A stretch of 32,000 nucleotides of DNA from Pseudoalteromonas translucida KMM 520. GTDB taxonomy: Bacteria; Pseudomonadota; Gammaproteobacteria; Enterobacterales; Alteromonadaceae. A program made the translations under genes and the position numbers. The notes under the pieces were generated by a model. That model was not told the origin of the DNA. It did no database searches and was given only the letters and a program-made list of their open reading frames with translations. Positions 1 through 11,035 of this stretch are shown in pieces; positions within the stretch are counted from its first letter, which is position 1; the number at the start of each line of letters is the position of its first letter. The DNA lies in the NCBI RefSeq assembly GCF_001465295.1, contig NZ_CP011034.1, positions 1,590,001 to 1,622,000 of the forward strand, in the 5' to 3' direction.

Positions 1-179
1 ACAGACAACGCAATTAACGCATAACCACACGATGCCACCGCTACTAGCGGAAAGGTACGCAGCCCCGCCCCATCTTGGCTGCGCTCTCTGTCGTAGGCCA
101 TTGGCAAAGCAAGTAAATAAGCTATGCCTAAGTGAATCAGGTTATCAACGATTTCGTGCCACTGTAAATCAATTTCCAT
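1..179 (-). CDS. MgtC/SapB family membrane protein, N-terminal part only (3' end runs off the window)
   Basis: The reverse-strand ATG at 179-177 opens a frame with no stop down to position 1. It reads MEIDLQWHEIVDNLIHLGIAYLLALPMAYDRERSQDGAGLRTFPLVAVASCGYALIALS. The (E/D)RE-x5-AGLRT-x2-LV pattern is the MgtC-family signature. The gene is truncated, so it is absent from the ORF track. Confidence 0.7.
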   Translation of the reverse strand, partial: MEIDLQWHEIVDNLIHLGIAYLLALPMAYDRERSQDGAGLRTFPLVAVASCGYALIALS

Positions 180-390
180 GATCTTGCCTTTTTAGTTAAT
201 CTTAATAACTAGCTAGCAATCTGTAAGCCATTTATTTAATATTTTAAATTCAGTAATTTAGATTAATCTTAACTTTTATTCTGTGAGGCTTGGTAATAGT
301 TACACTACTATTTTACTTTTTTACCAAAAAGTTAGTTTGATATCGCTTTTAAATATCCGTATTCTTTTACTTATAGTAAAAGATGATTAT

Positions 391-1911
391 GTGAACCACT
401 TGCCTTTAAACAAAGTAATTAATACAGCCACTAAACTTGAAAAAACCGCGTTACTACTGTGCGTTAGCTTATCAGTTGTGGCATTTTTATTTCCGGCATT
501 ACTTACGGCTCATTTGCAGCCTGTTATTAGCCAACTTTTAAGCTACTTGGGCTCGCCATTTTTTATTTTGGTTAACCTATTACTCTTTATTGTAATTGCC
601 GTTGCTATAAGCCCGTTAGGGCGGCGTAAAATAGGTGGAGAGCAAGCAAAGGTTGAATTTGCTTTATTTGGCTGGCTCTCTATGCTTTTTGCTGCAGGTA
701 TGGGCTCGGGCCTCGTTTTTTGGGGAGTAGCAGAGCCTGCACTACACACTATAAACTCACCTTTAAAACAGGGTTTATACCCTAATCCACACACCAGTGG
801 CTTGGCATTAACTTTAGTTAATTGGGGGGCGCATGCTTGGGCACTTTACGCGGTATTTGGTTTGGTACTTGGCGGGCTTAGCAGTAATAGCGGCAAAGTA
901 GGCGATATTAGCGCGCCGGTTATAAGTGTGTTTAAAGGTGTTATAAATAAAGACTGGCAAATTAAGCTGGGCTTTGGCATTAAGTTAATTGCTATATTCT
1001 CGATATTTTTTGGGGTGGTTGGCACTATCGCAAACTCTACTTTATTACTGCGTAAAGGCTTGGCGTTAAAGTTAGGTGTTGAATCGGCTTTGTTGTCGGG
1101 GTTTATAATTATTAGTTTAATTGTAGCTTTATATACGTTATCGGCAACTTTGGGGCTTAAAAAAGGGATTCAAACACTCAGTAAGTTTAATATGCTTTTA
1201 GCATTAGCACTTATGGTTTGGCTGCTGTTTTTTGTGCCTATTGAGCCCATTATAAATATAGCTATTGGTGGCACCTGGGATTATTTACAGCTTATTACTA
1301 TAGGAACATGGCAACTTGCCAGCCAGCTAAACGATCCAAAGTGGGCGAATGGCTGGACCTATAATTATTATTTTTGGTGGTTGGCTTGGGGTCCATTTGT
1401 GGGCGTGTTTTTAGCCAAAATAAGTCAGGGTCGCCCGGTGTGGCAATATATTTTAGGTGTTGTTTTAGTACCTACACTGGTTACTATTGTATGGTTTAGC
1501 GTGTTTTCTGGCTCTGCTATAGCCTGGGATGAAGCGCACCAAAGTGGTATTTTACAGGCAATAAAAGCAGATTATACCCAAGGCTTATTTGTATTTTTTG
1601 AGCAATTAGGTTGCCAAGGTGCCGTACTTATTTGGTCTAGCTTATTACTGTTACTTATTTTTGTAGCAACCTCTGCTGATTCTGCCGTTTTGGTTATACG
1701 CCAATTAAGCGGCGCAAATAAAACATATACTTGGAGTTTATACGCTTGGTCGTTTGCATTGGGATTGTGTGCTTACGTATTATTGGTTCAAAATAACGAG
1801 CCTTTAAACCGCAGTGTTGCGATTATTGGTGCATTACCTTTTTTGATTATATTTTTACTGCAATTAATTGGTTTTGTTAAGGAGTTTATAAAAGAGGAAG
1901 TGCATGAGTAA
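391..1911 (+). CDS. BCCT family (betaine/carnitine/choline-type) osmolyte transporter
   Basis: Track ORF 283-1911. It carries BCCT signatures GWLSMLFAAGMGSGLVFWGVAEP and WTYNYYFWWLAWGPFVGVFLAKISQGRPV and has many hydrophobic segments. There is no in-frame ATG near the 5' end. The first 36 track codons are AT-rich, promoter-like sequence, so I start at GTG 391. TTG 400 or GTG 283 cannot be excluded. Confidence 0.88.
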   Translation: MNHLPLNKVINTATKLEKTALLLCVSLSVVAFLFPALLTAHLQPVISQLLSYLGSPFFILVNLLLFIVIAVAISPLGRRKIGGEQAKVEFALFGWLSMLFAAGMGSGLVFWGVAEPALHTINSPLKQGLYPNPHTSGLALTLVNWGAHAWALYAVFGLVLGGLSSNSGKVGDISAPVISVFKGVINKDWQIKLGFGIKLIAIFSIFFGVVGTIANSTLLLRKGLALKLGVESALLSGFIIISLIVALYTLSATLGLKKGIQTLSKFNMLLALALMVWLLFFVPIEPIINIAIGGTWDYLQLITIGTWQLASQLNDPKWANGWTYNYYFWWLAWGPFVGVFLAKISQGRPVWQYILGVVLVPTLVTIVWFSVFSGSAIAWDEAHQSGILQAIKADYTQGLFVFFEQLGCQGAVLIWSSLLLLLIFVATSADSAVLVIRQLSGANKTYTWSLYAWSFALGLCAYVLLVQNNEPLNRSVAIIGALPFLIIFLLQLIGFVKEFIKEEVHE

Positions 1912-1920
1912 TGTGCTTTG

Positions 1921-1942
1921 TTTAACGCCGTATAACGTTAAA
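1921..1942 (+). terminator. Weak AT-rich hairpin just after the BCCT stop (possible terminator)
   Basis: TTTAACG (1921-27) pairs with CGTTAAA (1936-42), giving a 7-bp stem and an 8-nt loop. An A/T-rich tail follows. The stem has low GC, so this is weak. Confidence 0.3.
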
Positions 1943-2075
1943 ATTTAAACTTTGATTTTATTTTACAAGGCCAGCATGCTCTAAATAAGCTTATGAGTAT
2001 AGCCACAGCAAGTAGGGTAATAAAAGGCGAGTGAGTACTGATACAAGTAAGGACGTTTTTTTAATAGTTTAAAAT

Positions 2076-2105
2076 AATGTGTAGAGGGTTATAGCTCTAC
2101 ACATT
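2076..2105 (-). terminator. Intrinsic terminator-like hairpin downstream of fghA
   Basis: AATGTGTAGAG (2076-86) pairs perfectly with CTCTACACATT (2095-2105), an 11-bp stem with an 8-nt loop. On the minus strand it is followed by ATTTTAAAC. It lies 23 nt past the fghA stop. Confidence 0.5.
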
Positions 2106-2127
2106 ATTACTGCAAACAATAATATTA

Positions 2128-2970
2128 TTATGCAGACAAATACTGATGATGAAATACCAAGTGCTGATCAATAAAGCTACTGATAAAGAAGTAACTATGA
2201 TCATACCCGGTTTGCATTTCTAGGGTCAGTGGGTAATCTTTTTGCTTTGCAACAGCCACTAAATTTTGTGGCTTTAATTGCTCGTCTAAAAAGTTATCGG
2301 CATCGCCTTGGCTCACTAACATTGGCAAGTAATTATTTTGCTCAGCTTTAGCCATTAATTTGCAGGTGTCGTATTGTGCCCACGTAGTTTTATCGGCTCC
2401 TAAATAACCCGTAAACGCTTTAACGCCCCATGGGCAATTAATAGGGTTTACTATAGGGCTAAATGCCGAAGCACTAACATAATCCTGTGGGTTTTTAAGA
2501 GCGATCATCAACGCACCATGGCCGCCCATTGAATGACCACTAATTGCTTTTTTGCTAGTCACTGGAAAGTGCTGCTCTATAAGCGCGGGTAATTCATTCA
2601 CTACGTAGTCGTACATATTAAAGTGAGTGTTGTAAGGGGCTTGTGTCGCGTTAACATAAAACCCAGCGCCTTGAGCAAAATCGTAGCTGTCTTCGTTAGG
2701 AACATTATCTCCACGAGGGCTAGTGTCGGGTGCCACAATAGCAATACCTAGTTCAGCTGCTTTTTTGAATGCGCCTGCTTTTTGCATAAAGTTTTCGTCG
2801 GTGCAGGTTAAACCTGAAAGCCAATAGAGTACTGGTACTTTATTGCTTTCGCTAGCGCCGGGTGGTAAAAAAACGGCAAAACGCATAGTACAATGAGTGC
2901 TTACAGCGCTGTGCGTATATTGTTTATGCCAACCACCGGCTACTTTTACACTTGAGATATTTTCTAACAT
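2128..2970 (-). CDS. fghA: S-formylglutathione hydrolase (esterase D family)
   Basis: The 280-aa product starts MLENISSVKVAGGWHKQYTHSA. It has the serine-hydrolase motif GHSMGGHGAL and ends in the typical GYDHSYFFI. Length and sequence match FrmB/YeiG-type enzymes. The ATG at 2970 is preceded by GAGGA (revcomp of 2972-2980). Track codons 2971-3012 are a spurious extension. Confidence 0.95.
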   Translation of the reverse strand: MLENISSVKVAGGWHKQYTHSAVSTHCTMRFAVFLPPGASESNKVPVLYWLSGLTCTDENFMQKAGAFKKAAELGIAIVAPDTSPRGDNVPNEDSYDFAQGAGFYVNATQAPYNTHFNMYDYVVNELPALIEQHFPVTSKKAISGHSMGGHGALMIALKNPQDYVSASAFSPIVNPINCPWGVKAFTGYLGADKTTWAQYDTCKLMAKAEQNNYLPMLVSQGDADNFLDEQLKPQNLVAVAKQKDYPLTLEMQTGYDHSYFFISSFIDQHLVFHHQYLSA

Positions 2971-3028
2971 GATAATCCTCAAAAGCCGCTTATATCCACA
3001 CAGTGAATACAAGCGATTGGTTTATTAC

Positions 3029-4243
<1,215 letters not shown>

Positions 4244-4279
4244 TCAATTTTATTAAAACACTTTTTCAGAACTGTAACA

Positions 4280-5152
4280 ATGGCACGATGGGATGGAATA
4301 GACGAGTTTATTGCGGTAGGTGAAGAGGGTAGTTTTACCGCCGCAGGCAAAGCAATTGGGTTGTCGGTTGCGCATATTAGCCGCCATGTTAGTGCGCTTG
4401 AACAACGCTTAAATACACAGTTACTAACACGCACAACGCGTAAAGTGGTTTTGACCAAAGAAGGTGAGGTGTTTTTACACCAAATAAAGCATTTACAACA
4501 TGCAATGGATGATGCCACGCAAAGTTTAGCGCAACAGCAAAGTACGCCAAAAGGTAAAATTAACCTAACAGCCCCGGTAATGTATGGCGAGAGCTTTATT
4601 ATGCCAATAGTGCATAATTTTATGCACGATCACCCCGATGTAGAAGTTGTTGCTACGCTCAGTAATGAGCAAGAGAACTTATTAGAAGGTGGTTTTGATC
4701 TGGCTATTAGGCTGGGGCATTTAAAAGACTCGAGCTTAAAAGCACGGCGCTTAAGTGCACGACGCTTTATTATGTGTTGTGCCCCAGACTATTTAACCCG
4801 ATTTGGCGAGCCACACACATTAGGCGAACTTACAAATCATCAATGTTTAGTGGGTAATAGTCGTTATTGGCGGGTAAACGAAGGCGGGCGCGAAAAACAT
4901 ATTAAAATAGCTGGGCGACTGCATTGTAATAGTGGCTGGGCGTTGGTAGATGGCGCTAAAAAAGGCTTAGGGATTATTCAGCTTCCCAATTACTACATTG
5001 AAAACGAGTTAAAAACAGGGCAACTAGTGCCTATTTTAACATCCTATCAGCCGCTGCAAGAAGGCGTATGGGGGGTGTATCCGCCTCGCCAGTTTGTGGC
5101 AACCAATGTAAGGGTGCTACTTGATTATTTAGTCGCAGGGCTAAAAACTTAA
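4280..5152 (+). CDS. LysR family transcriptional regulator, divergent from frmA-fghA
   Basis: The 290-aa product starts MARWDGIDEFIAVGEEGSFTAAGKAIGLSVAHISRHVSALEQRL. This is the LysR winged-HTH, followed by a LysR substrate-binding domain. Track codons 4199-4279 overlap the frmA start and are a spurious extension. Confidence 0.9.
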   Translation: MARWDGIDEFIAVGEEGSFTAAGKAIGLSVAHISRHVSALEQRLNTQLLTRTTRKVVLTKEGEVFLHQIKHLQHAMDDATQSLAQQQSTPKGKINLTAPVMYGESFIMPIVHNFMHDHPDVEVVATLSNEQENLLEGGFDLAIRLGHLKDSSLKARRLSARRFIMCCAPDYLTRFGEPHTLGELTNHQCLVGNSRYWRVNEGGREKHIKIAGRLHCNSGWALVDGAKKGLGIIQLPNYYIENELKTGQLVPILTSYQPLQEGVWGVYPPRQFVATNVRVLLDYLVAGLKT

Positions 5153-5290
5153 TAGCGAGTTAATAACTTAATTTTTATTTTAGCCAAGTATCAGATTTTT
5201 AAATGTTTATTACATTTAGTGGCATACCCAAGTACGGATTATTCGTGTTATTATAAATTACTATTTTTAGGATAAGTGTTTAAAAACAAT

Positions 5291-6508
5291 ATGTTTCAAC
5301 CGGTTAGTTTGTTTATTGGACTTAGATATAGTCGCTCCTCAAAAGGGAATGCGTTTATTTCATTTATCTCGTTTTTTTCTATTGCCGGTATTGCGATTGG
5401 CTTAATGGCATTATTTACTGTCAGCTCAGTAATGAATGGCTTTGAAAGTAGCTTAAAAACCAATATGCTTGGGCTTATTCCGCACGTTGAAGTACAAGCA
5501 AATAAGCGTACTGCAGCGCAAATGAGTAGTTTAAAAGCAGATCTTGAACAATCTCCTTATGTAAGTACTGTAAGCCTTTATCAGCATGGTGAAGCCATAT
5601 TACAAACCAATAAAGATTTACACGGTGTGTTGCTGCAAGGCTTGTATGGCGATGACGGCTCACTTTATAAAATTACCGATAAAATAGTACAAGGGAATTG
5701 GCAAACGGTGCTTAATAAAAACTATAGCATTGCCATTAGCCGCTACCTGAGCCGTAAATTAGGTGTTGGCTTGGGAGATAAGCTGCGGGTTATTATGCCA
5801 AATGCTTCTACCTATACACCGCTTGGACGTATGCCTAGCCAACGTTTGTTTAAAATAGCGGCCATTTACGAAACCGGCTCTGAAATTGACATGGGACTGG
5901 CTTTTACCAGTGGTACGTCGTTGCAACGCGTATTAAAGCTGGATCAAAACACCGCACCTAATTTAAGTATTTCTTTGTATGAACCCTTTGCATTGGATGA
6001 ATTTATACAGGCCAGCACACTTATATTAAAAGATCATACCTATACAGATTGGCGCAGCAGCCAAGGCACATTATTTGCTGCTGTAGCAATGGAAAAACGG
6101 ATTATGTCGATGTTATTAGGGCTTATTGTGTTGGTTGCGGTATTTAATATTGTGTCTGCGCTAACTATGATGGTAAGTGAAAAACAAGGCGAAGTCGCTA
6201 TTTTACAAACTTTGGGTTTAACACCATCGCAAGTACAAAAAGTGTTTATGGTGCAAGGGCTTTATAATGGCGTGATTGGCACCGCAGTAGGGGCATTTTT
6301 AGGTGTATTACTTAGTTTATATATTAATGAGTTATTAGCATTAGTAGGATTAAATTTGATGGCAGGTATAGAGCTGCCAGTAAAATTTGATGTACCAAGC
6401 CTAATTGTTATCGCTTGTTCGAGTATTGCTATGAGCTTTTTAGCCACTGTTTACCCTGCGCGCAAAGCCGCAAAAGTAAAACCAGCCGAGGTATTGCGTT
6501 ATGAATGA
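5291..6508 (+). CDS. lolC: Lipoprotein-releasing ABC transporter permease LolC
   Basis: MFQPVSLFIGLRYSRSS parallels E. coli LolC MYQPVALFIGLRY, and the C-terminus is PAEVLRYE. It has MacB/FtsX-type topology. GTG 5276 (AGGA 3 nt upstream) is an alternative start 5 codons earlier. Confidence 0.9.
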   Translation: MFQPVSLFIGLRYSRSSKGNAFISFISFFSIAGIAIGLMALFTVSSVMNGFESSLKTNMLGLIPHVEVQANKRTAAQMSSLKADLEQSPYVSTVSLYQHGEAILQTNKDLHGVLLQGLYGDDGSLYKITDKIVQGNWQTVLNKNYSIAISRYLSRKLGVGLGDKLRVIMPNASTYTPLGRMPSQRLFKIAAIYETGSEIDMGLAFTSGTSLQRVLKLDQNTAPNLSISLYEPFALDEFIQASTLILKDHTYTDWRSSQGTLFAAVAMEKRIMSMLLGLIVLVAVFNIVSALTMMVSEKQGEVAILQTLGLTPSQVQKVFMVQGLYNGVIGTAVGAFLGVLLSLYINELLALVGLNLMAGIELPVKFDVPSLIVIACSSIAMSFLATVYPARKAAKVKPAEVLRYE

Positions 6509-7199
6509 TTTAGTTATTAGTTGTGAAAATTTAAACAAAGTTTATCAAGATGGTAGTAACCAAGTTGCAGTATTAAAAGGGGTTAATTTAGCCCTGCAAC
6601 AAGGTGAAATGCTGGCGATAGTGGGCAGCTCTGGTTCGGGTAAAAGTACCTTATTGCATATACTCGGTACGCTCGATACTGCAACCTCTGGCAGTGCTAA
6701 AATTAAAAATCAAGAAGTGGCTAAGCTCTCTCGTACAGAGCAAGCGGCATTTAGAAATAAAAACTTAGGCTTTATTTATCAATTTCATCATTTACTTATG
6801 GAGTTTAGTGCGGTAGAAAATGTAGCCATGCCGCTTTTAATTAAAGGACTAAGTGCTAAAGCTGCGAAAGTAGCTGCATTAGAAATGCTTGAAAAAGTGG
6901 GCCTAGCGCATCGCAGCTCTCATAAGCCGTCGGCACTGTCTGGCGGTGAGCGCCAACGAGTGGCAATTGCGCGCGCGCTCGTTACTAAACCGGCATTAGT
7001 GCTTGCTGATGAGCCAACCGGTAATTTAGATAAACAAAACGCGATTAAAATATACGACTTAATAAATGAGCTTAATAAAAGTTTAAATACTAGCTTTGTG
7101 GTGGTAACTCACGATTTAGAGCTGGCCGACAAGCTCGGTAAAATAGCTTATTTAGATGATGGCAAACTTACAATTAAAGAGTCGCAACATGTTGCTTAG
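6501..7199 (+). CDS. lolD: Lipoprotein-releasing ABC transporter ATP-binding protein LolD
   Basis: It has Walker A GSSGSGKST, ABC signature LSGGERQR and Walker B LVLADEPT. It is 232 aa and overlaps the lolC stop by 8 nt (ATGAATGA). Confidence 0.95.
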   Translation: MNDLVISCENLNKVYQDGSNQVAVLKGVNLALQQGEMLAIVGSSGSGKSTLLHILGTLDTATSGSAKIKNQEVAKLSRTEQAAFRNKNLGFIYQFHHLLMEFSAVENVAMPLLIKGLSAKAAKVAALEMLEKVGLAHRSSHKPSALSGGERQRVAIARALVTKPALVLADEPTGNLDKQNAIKIYDLINELNKSLNTSFVVVTHDLELADKLGKIAYLDDGKLTIKESQHVA

Positions 7200-8433
7200 T
7201 GCGTTTATAAGTAAACGCTTTAGAGCGTATTCTGGTCATAAAGATGAAAAAAATGGTTTTGTAAGCTTTATAGCTAAAGCATCTACTGTGGGTATTTTAT
7301 TGGGCGTTGCGGTTTTAATCGTTGCGCTGTCGGTAATAAATGGCTTTGAGCAGCAATTAGTGCATCGCCTATTAAGCGTAGTACCACAGGTTGAATATGT
7401 AGCGCCTAATAGGCCAATTGCTAATTGGCCACAAAAAGTTGAGCAGCTGCAACAGCAAGATCATGTAACCGGCGCTGCGCCATTTATTGCCGTTAACGGT
7501 ATGGCGCAATTTAAAAGCCAATTAAAAGCAGTAGAAATACGCGGAGTTGAGCCTTCATTGGAGGGGAGCGTGTCGGCTATTAATCAATTTACCAAAGGCA
7601 AGTTGGTGAGCCAGCTTGGTATTGATGAAGTTATTTTAGGCAAACAAATAGTAAACCAGCTCGATGCCAGCGTGGGCGATAGTATTACCTTACTTATTCC
7701 TCAAATAGCTCAGCAAGGGCAGTCGTTATTAGCGCCTAAGCGAGTAACGCTGTTACTTGCAGGTATTGTTGAAATGGGTGGACCAATAGACAGCACAGCT
7801 GCATTTATCCACCTTAATAAAGCGCAGCAAACATTAGGTTACGATGAAAGCCAAGTAACGGGGCTTCGCTTAAGCGTTGATGACGTATTTACCGCGCACC
7901 AAATAGCGCTACGGGTGGGGCAAACCCTAGACGACTATGTATACATTTCTAGCTGGTTTAGAACGCAAGGCAGCTTATACCAAGATATACAAATGGTGCG
8001 TACCATAGTTTATATTGTGGTGTTTTTAATTATAGCAGTGGCGAGTTTTAATATTGTGTCGTCTTTGGTAATGGAAGTACGCGAAAAACAAGGCAATATT
8101 GCTATTTTAAAAACCATGGGCGCAAAAGACAGTACCATTTTAGCTACCTTTGTAATGCAGGGTTTAACGCAAGCTTTTGTGGGTGTGGTATTAGGCAGCT
8201 TAATTGGCGTAGTACTGGCAATCAATATTAGCGAATTATTTACTTGGCTCAGCCAGCTGTTTGGCGCAAACCCACTCCAAGGGGTTTATTTTATAGAGTT
8301 TTTACCCAGTAAGTTAGTGTGGCAAGATATTGTGGTAACAGTTGCTGTTACTTTTATTTTAGCGGCGTTAGCTACTATTTACCCTGCGTGGCAAGCAACA
8401 AGAGTTGACCCTGCAAAGGTGTTGGGTAATTAA
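7189..8433 (+). CDS. lolE: Lipoprotein-releasing ABC transporter permease LolE
   Basis: Starting at ATG 7189 gives MLLSAFISKRFRAYSG and 414 aa, the same length class as E. coli LolE. The C-terminus is RVDPAKVLGN. It overlaps the lolD stop by 11 nt. Track start 7156 adds 11 unsupported codons. Confidence 0.88.
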   Translation: MLLSAFISKRFRAYSGHKDEKNGFVSFIAKASTVGILLGVAVLIVALSVINGFEQQLVHRLLSVVPQVEYVAPNRPIANWPQKVEQLQQQDHVTGAAPFIAVNGMAQFKSQLKAVEIRGVEPSLEGSVSAINQFTKGKLVSQLGIDEVILGKQIVNQLDASVGDSITLLIPQIAQQGQSLLAPKRVTLLLAGIVEMGGPIDSTAAFIHLNKAQQTLGYDESQVTGLRLSVDDVFTAHQIALRVGQTLDDYVYISSWFRTQGSLYQDIQMVRTIVYIVVFLIIAVASFNIVSSLVMEVREKQGNIAILKTMGAKDSTILATFVMQGLTQAFVGVVLGSLIGVVLAINISELFTWLSQLFGANPLQGVYFIEFLPSKLVWQDIVVTVAVTFILAALATIYPAWQATRVDPAKVLGN

Positions 8434-8438
8434 CGGCA

Positions 8439-8460
8439 TTGGTAGCGTGTGTGCTACCAA
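8439..8460 (+). terminator. Hairpin after lolE (possible terminator, no U-tract)
   Basis: TTGGTAGC (8439-46) pairs with GCTACCAA (8453-60), an 8-bp stem with loop GTGTGT, 6 nt after the lolE stop. It is followed by ATAAAAAC rather than a T-run. Confidence 0.35.
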
Positions 8461-8567
8461 ATAAAAACTAATAGGGCAGTATTGGCAAGTCTGTTAAACT
8501 AGGGCGCTTATTTACAAGCTAACAATAACTAACCATTGGGTTAGCATTTACTACTCTGGGATTTACT

Positions 8568-9041
8568 TTGACAAATAACGATATTTTACGCCGCATTCGC
8601 TACACTTTTAATTTAACCGACACCGCTATGGTAAATGTTTTTGCTGCAGCTGAGCATACGGTTACTACAGAGCAAGTAATTGCTTGGTTAACTAAAGAAG
8701 GCGAAGAAGCTTACACTGAAATAAGTGATACAGAGTTTGCAACTTTTTTAAATGGTTTTATTAATACTCAACGTGGTAAGCGCGAAGGCGAGCAACCTGT
8801 TCCTGAGAGCAAACTAAATAACAATATTATTTTTATGAAGCTGCGTATTGCCTTAAATATGAAAGCGGAAGATGTAATTGCGACGCTGGCACTCGTTGAC
8901 TTTAATTTGAGTAAACATGAACTAAGCGCATTTTCTCGTAAAGTAGATAACAAGCACTACCGTGTATGTAATAATCAGGTACTTCGTTTATTTTTAACGG
9001 GTGTACAACAGCAGGTTCGTCCAGAAAGCCCTGCTGAGTAA
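8568..9041 (+). CDS. DUF1456 family protein (YehS-like), function unknown
   Basis: It contains two DUF1456-type repeats, NDILRRIRYTFNL and NNIIFMKLRIALNMK, and resembles E. coli YehS as I recall it. It needs TTG 8568 as its start. The first in-frame ATG would delete the conserved N-terminal repeat. Confidence 0.75.
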   Translation: MTNNDILRRIRYTFNLTDTAMVNVFAAAEHTVTTEQVIAWLTKEGEEAYTEISDTEFATFLNGFINTQRGKREGEQPVPESKLNNNIIFMKLRIALNMKAEDVIATLALVDFNLSKHELSAFSRKVDNKHYRVCNNQVLRLFLTGVQQQVRPESPAE

Positions 9042-9065
9042 GCAAAGTAAAACTATTACTCTTTC

Positions 9066-9107
9066 AAAACGCTAAAACAGCCCTTGTTTTAGCGTTTTGT
9101 TGTTTTT
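9066..9107 (+). terminator. Intrinsic terminator of the yehS-like gene
   Basis: AAAACGCTAAAAC (9066-78) pairs perfectly with GTTTTAGCGTTTT (9086-98), a 13-bp stem with a 7-nt loop. The tail GTTGTTTTT follows. Confidence 0.8.
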
Positions 9108-9390
9108 AAGTTAAATATTTTTCAACTTATTGCACACCGACTTTAAAATTGTTCAATACCGCTTAATAAACTAGCAATTGAATGAGATCATTTAAATATC
9201 AAGCAATTACCTCCTTCTTTAGTTATTTGTTTAGTTTTAGCAACTGCGCACTGTATTTTTATATTGTTAAAGTGAATAAAAATGCGCCGCATCGCTGTTT
9301 TATTTTTAAACAACAGTAAAATAATTCAACATGAATGACGTGCAACACGACTCTTTCTAATGGTAAGGTATATGAAAATTATGATTTTAA

Positions 9391-10827
<1,437 letters not shown>

Positions 10828-10878
10828 TTTAAATAGTTTAGAGCAATTGCAGCTCATTGCTGTGAGAGTCTGTACTTA

Positions 10879-10920
10879 AAAACACCCCATAAATTTAGCT
10901 ATTTATGGGGTGTTTTATTT
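10879..10920 (+). terminator. Intrinsic terminator of gdhA
   Basis: CACCCCATAAAT (10883-94) pairs with ATTTATGGGGTG (10901-12). The stem is extendable by flanking A/T pairs and has a 6-nt loop. TTTTATTT follows. Confidence 0.85.
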
Positions 10921-11035
10921 AAATAACCGCTTAAGTTAGTTATAACGCTATAAAGCCAAGCTATAACAGCGTAGGATCAGGCCACTTTCGAATGAAAATA
11001 GGTTTGCACTTCGCGGTGCATTAACATAAAAAACT

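Noticed and set aside
196-272. 10-bp direct repeat TTAATCTTAA (196-205 and 263-272) and the CTAGCTAG palindrome (209-216) between the MgtC-family and BCCT genes
   Set aside because: These are short, low-complexity and AT-rich. The chance expectation in this spacer is not negligible (roughly 0.1). They match no known motif I can name.
283-390. 5' extension of the BCCT ORF (GTG 283, MRLGNSYTTILLFYQKVSLISLLNIRILLLIVKDDY)
   Set aside because: The sequence is AT-rich and promoter-like and has no similarity to BCCT N-termini. The homologous region begins near 391. It is kept only as an alternative start.
2971-3012. Track start of fghA at 3012 (MYSLCGYKRLLRII...)
   Set aside because: The internal ATG at 2970 has a GAGGA SD and gives the canonical 280-aa enzyme. 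The extension has no homology.
9182-9319. 45-aa ORF (MRSFKYQAITSFF...) and the ACCTCCTT / AAGGAGGT motif at 9208-9219 in the gdhA upstream region
   Set aside because: The ORF has no SD and an implausible composition. The perfect SD on the minus strand is followed only by a 4-codon TTG frame with nothing downstream. The plus-strand match to the 16S 3' end is only 8 nt. I treat all of this as chance in AT-rich DNA.
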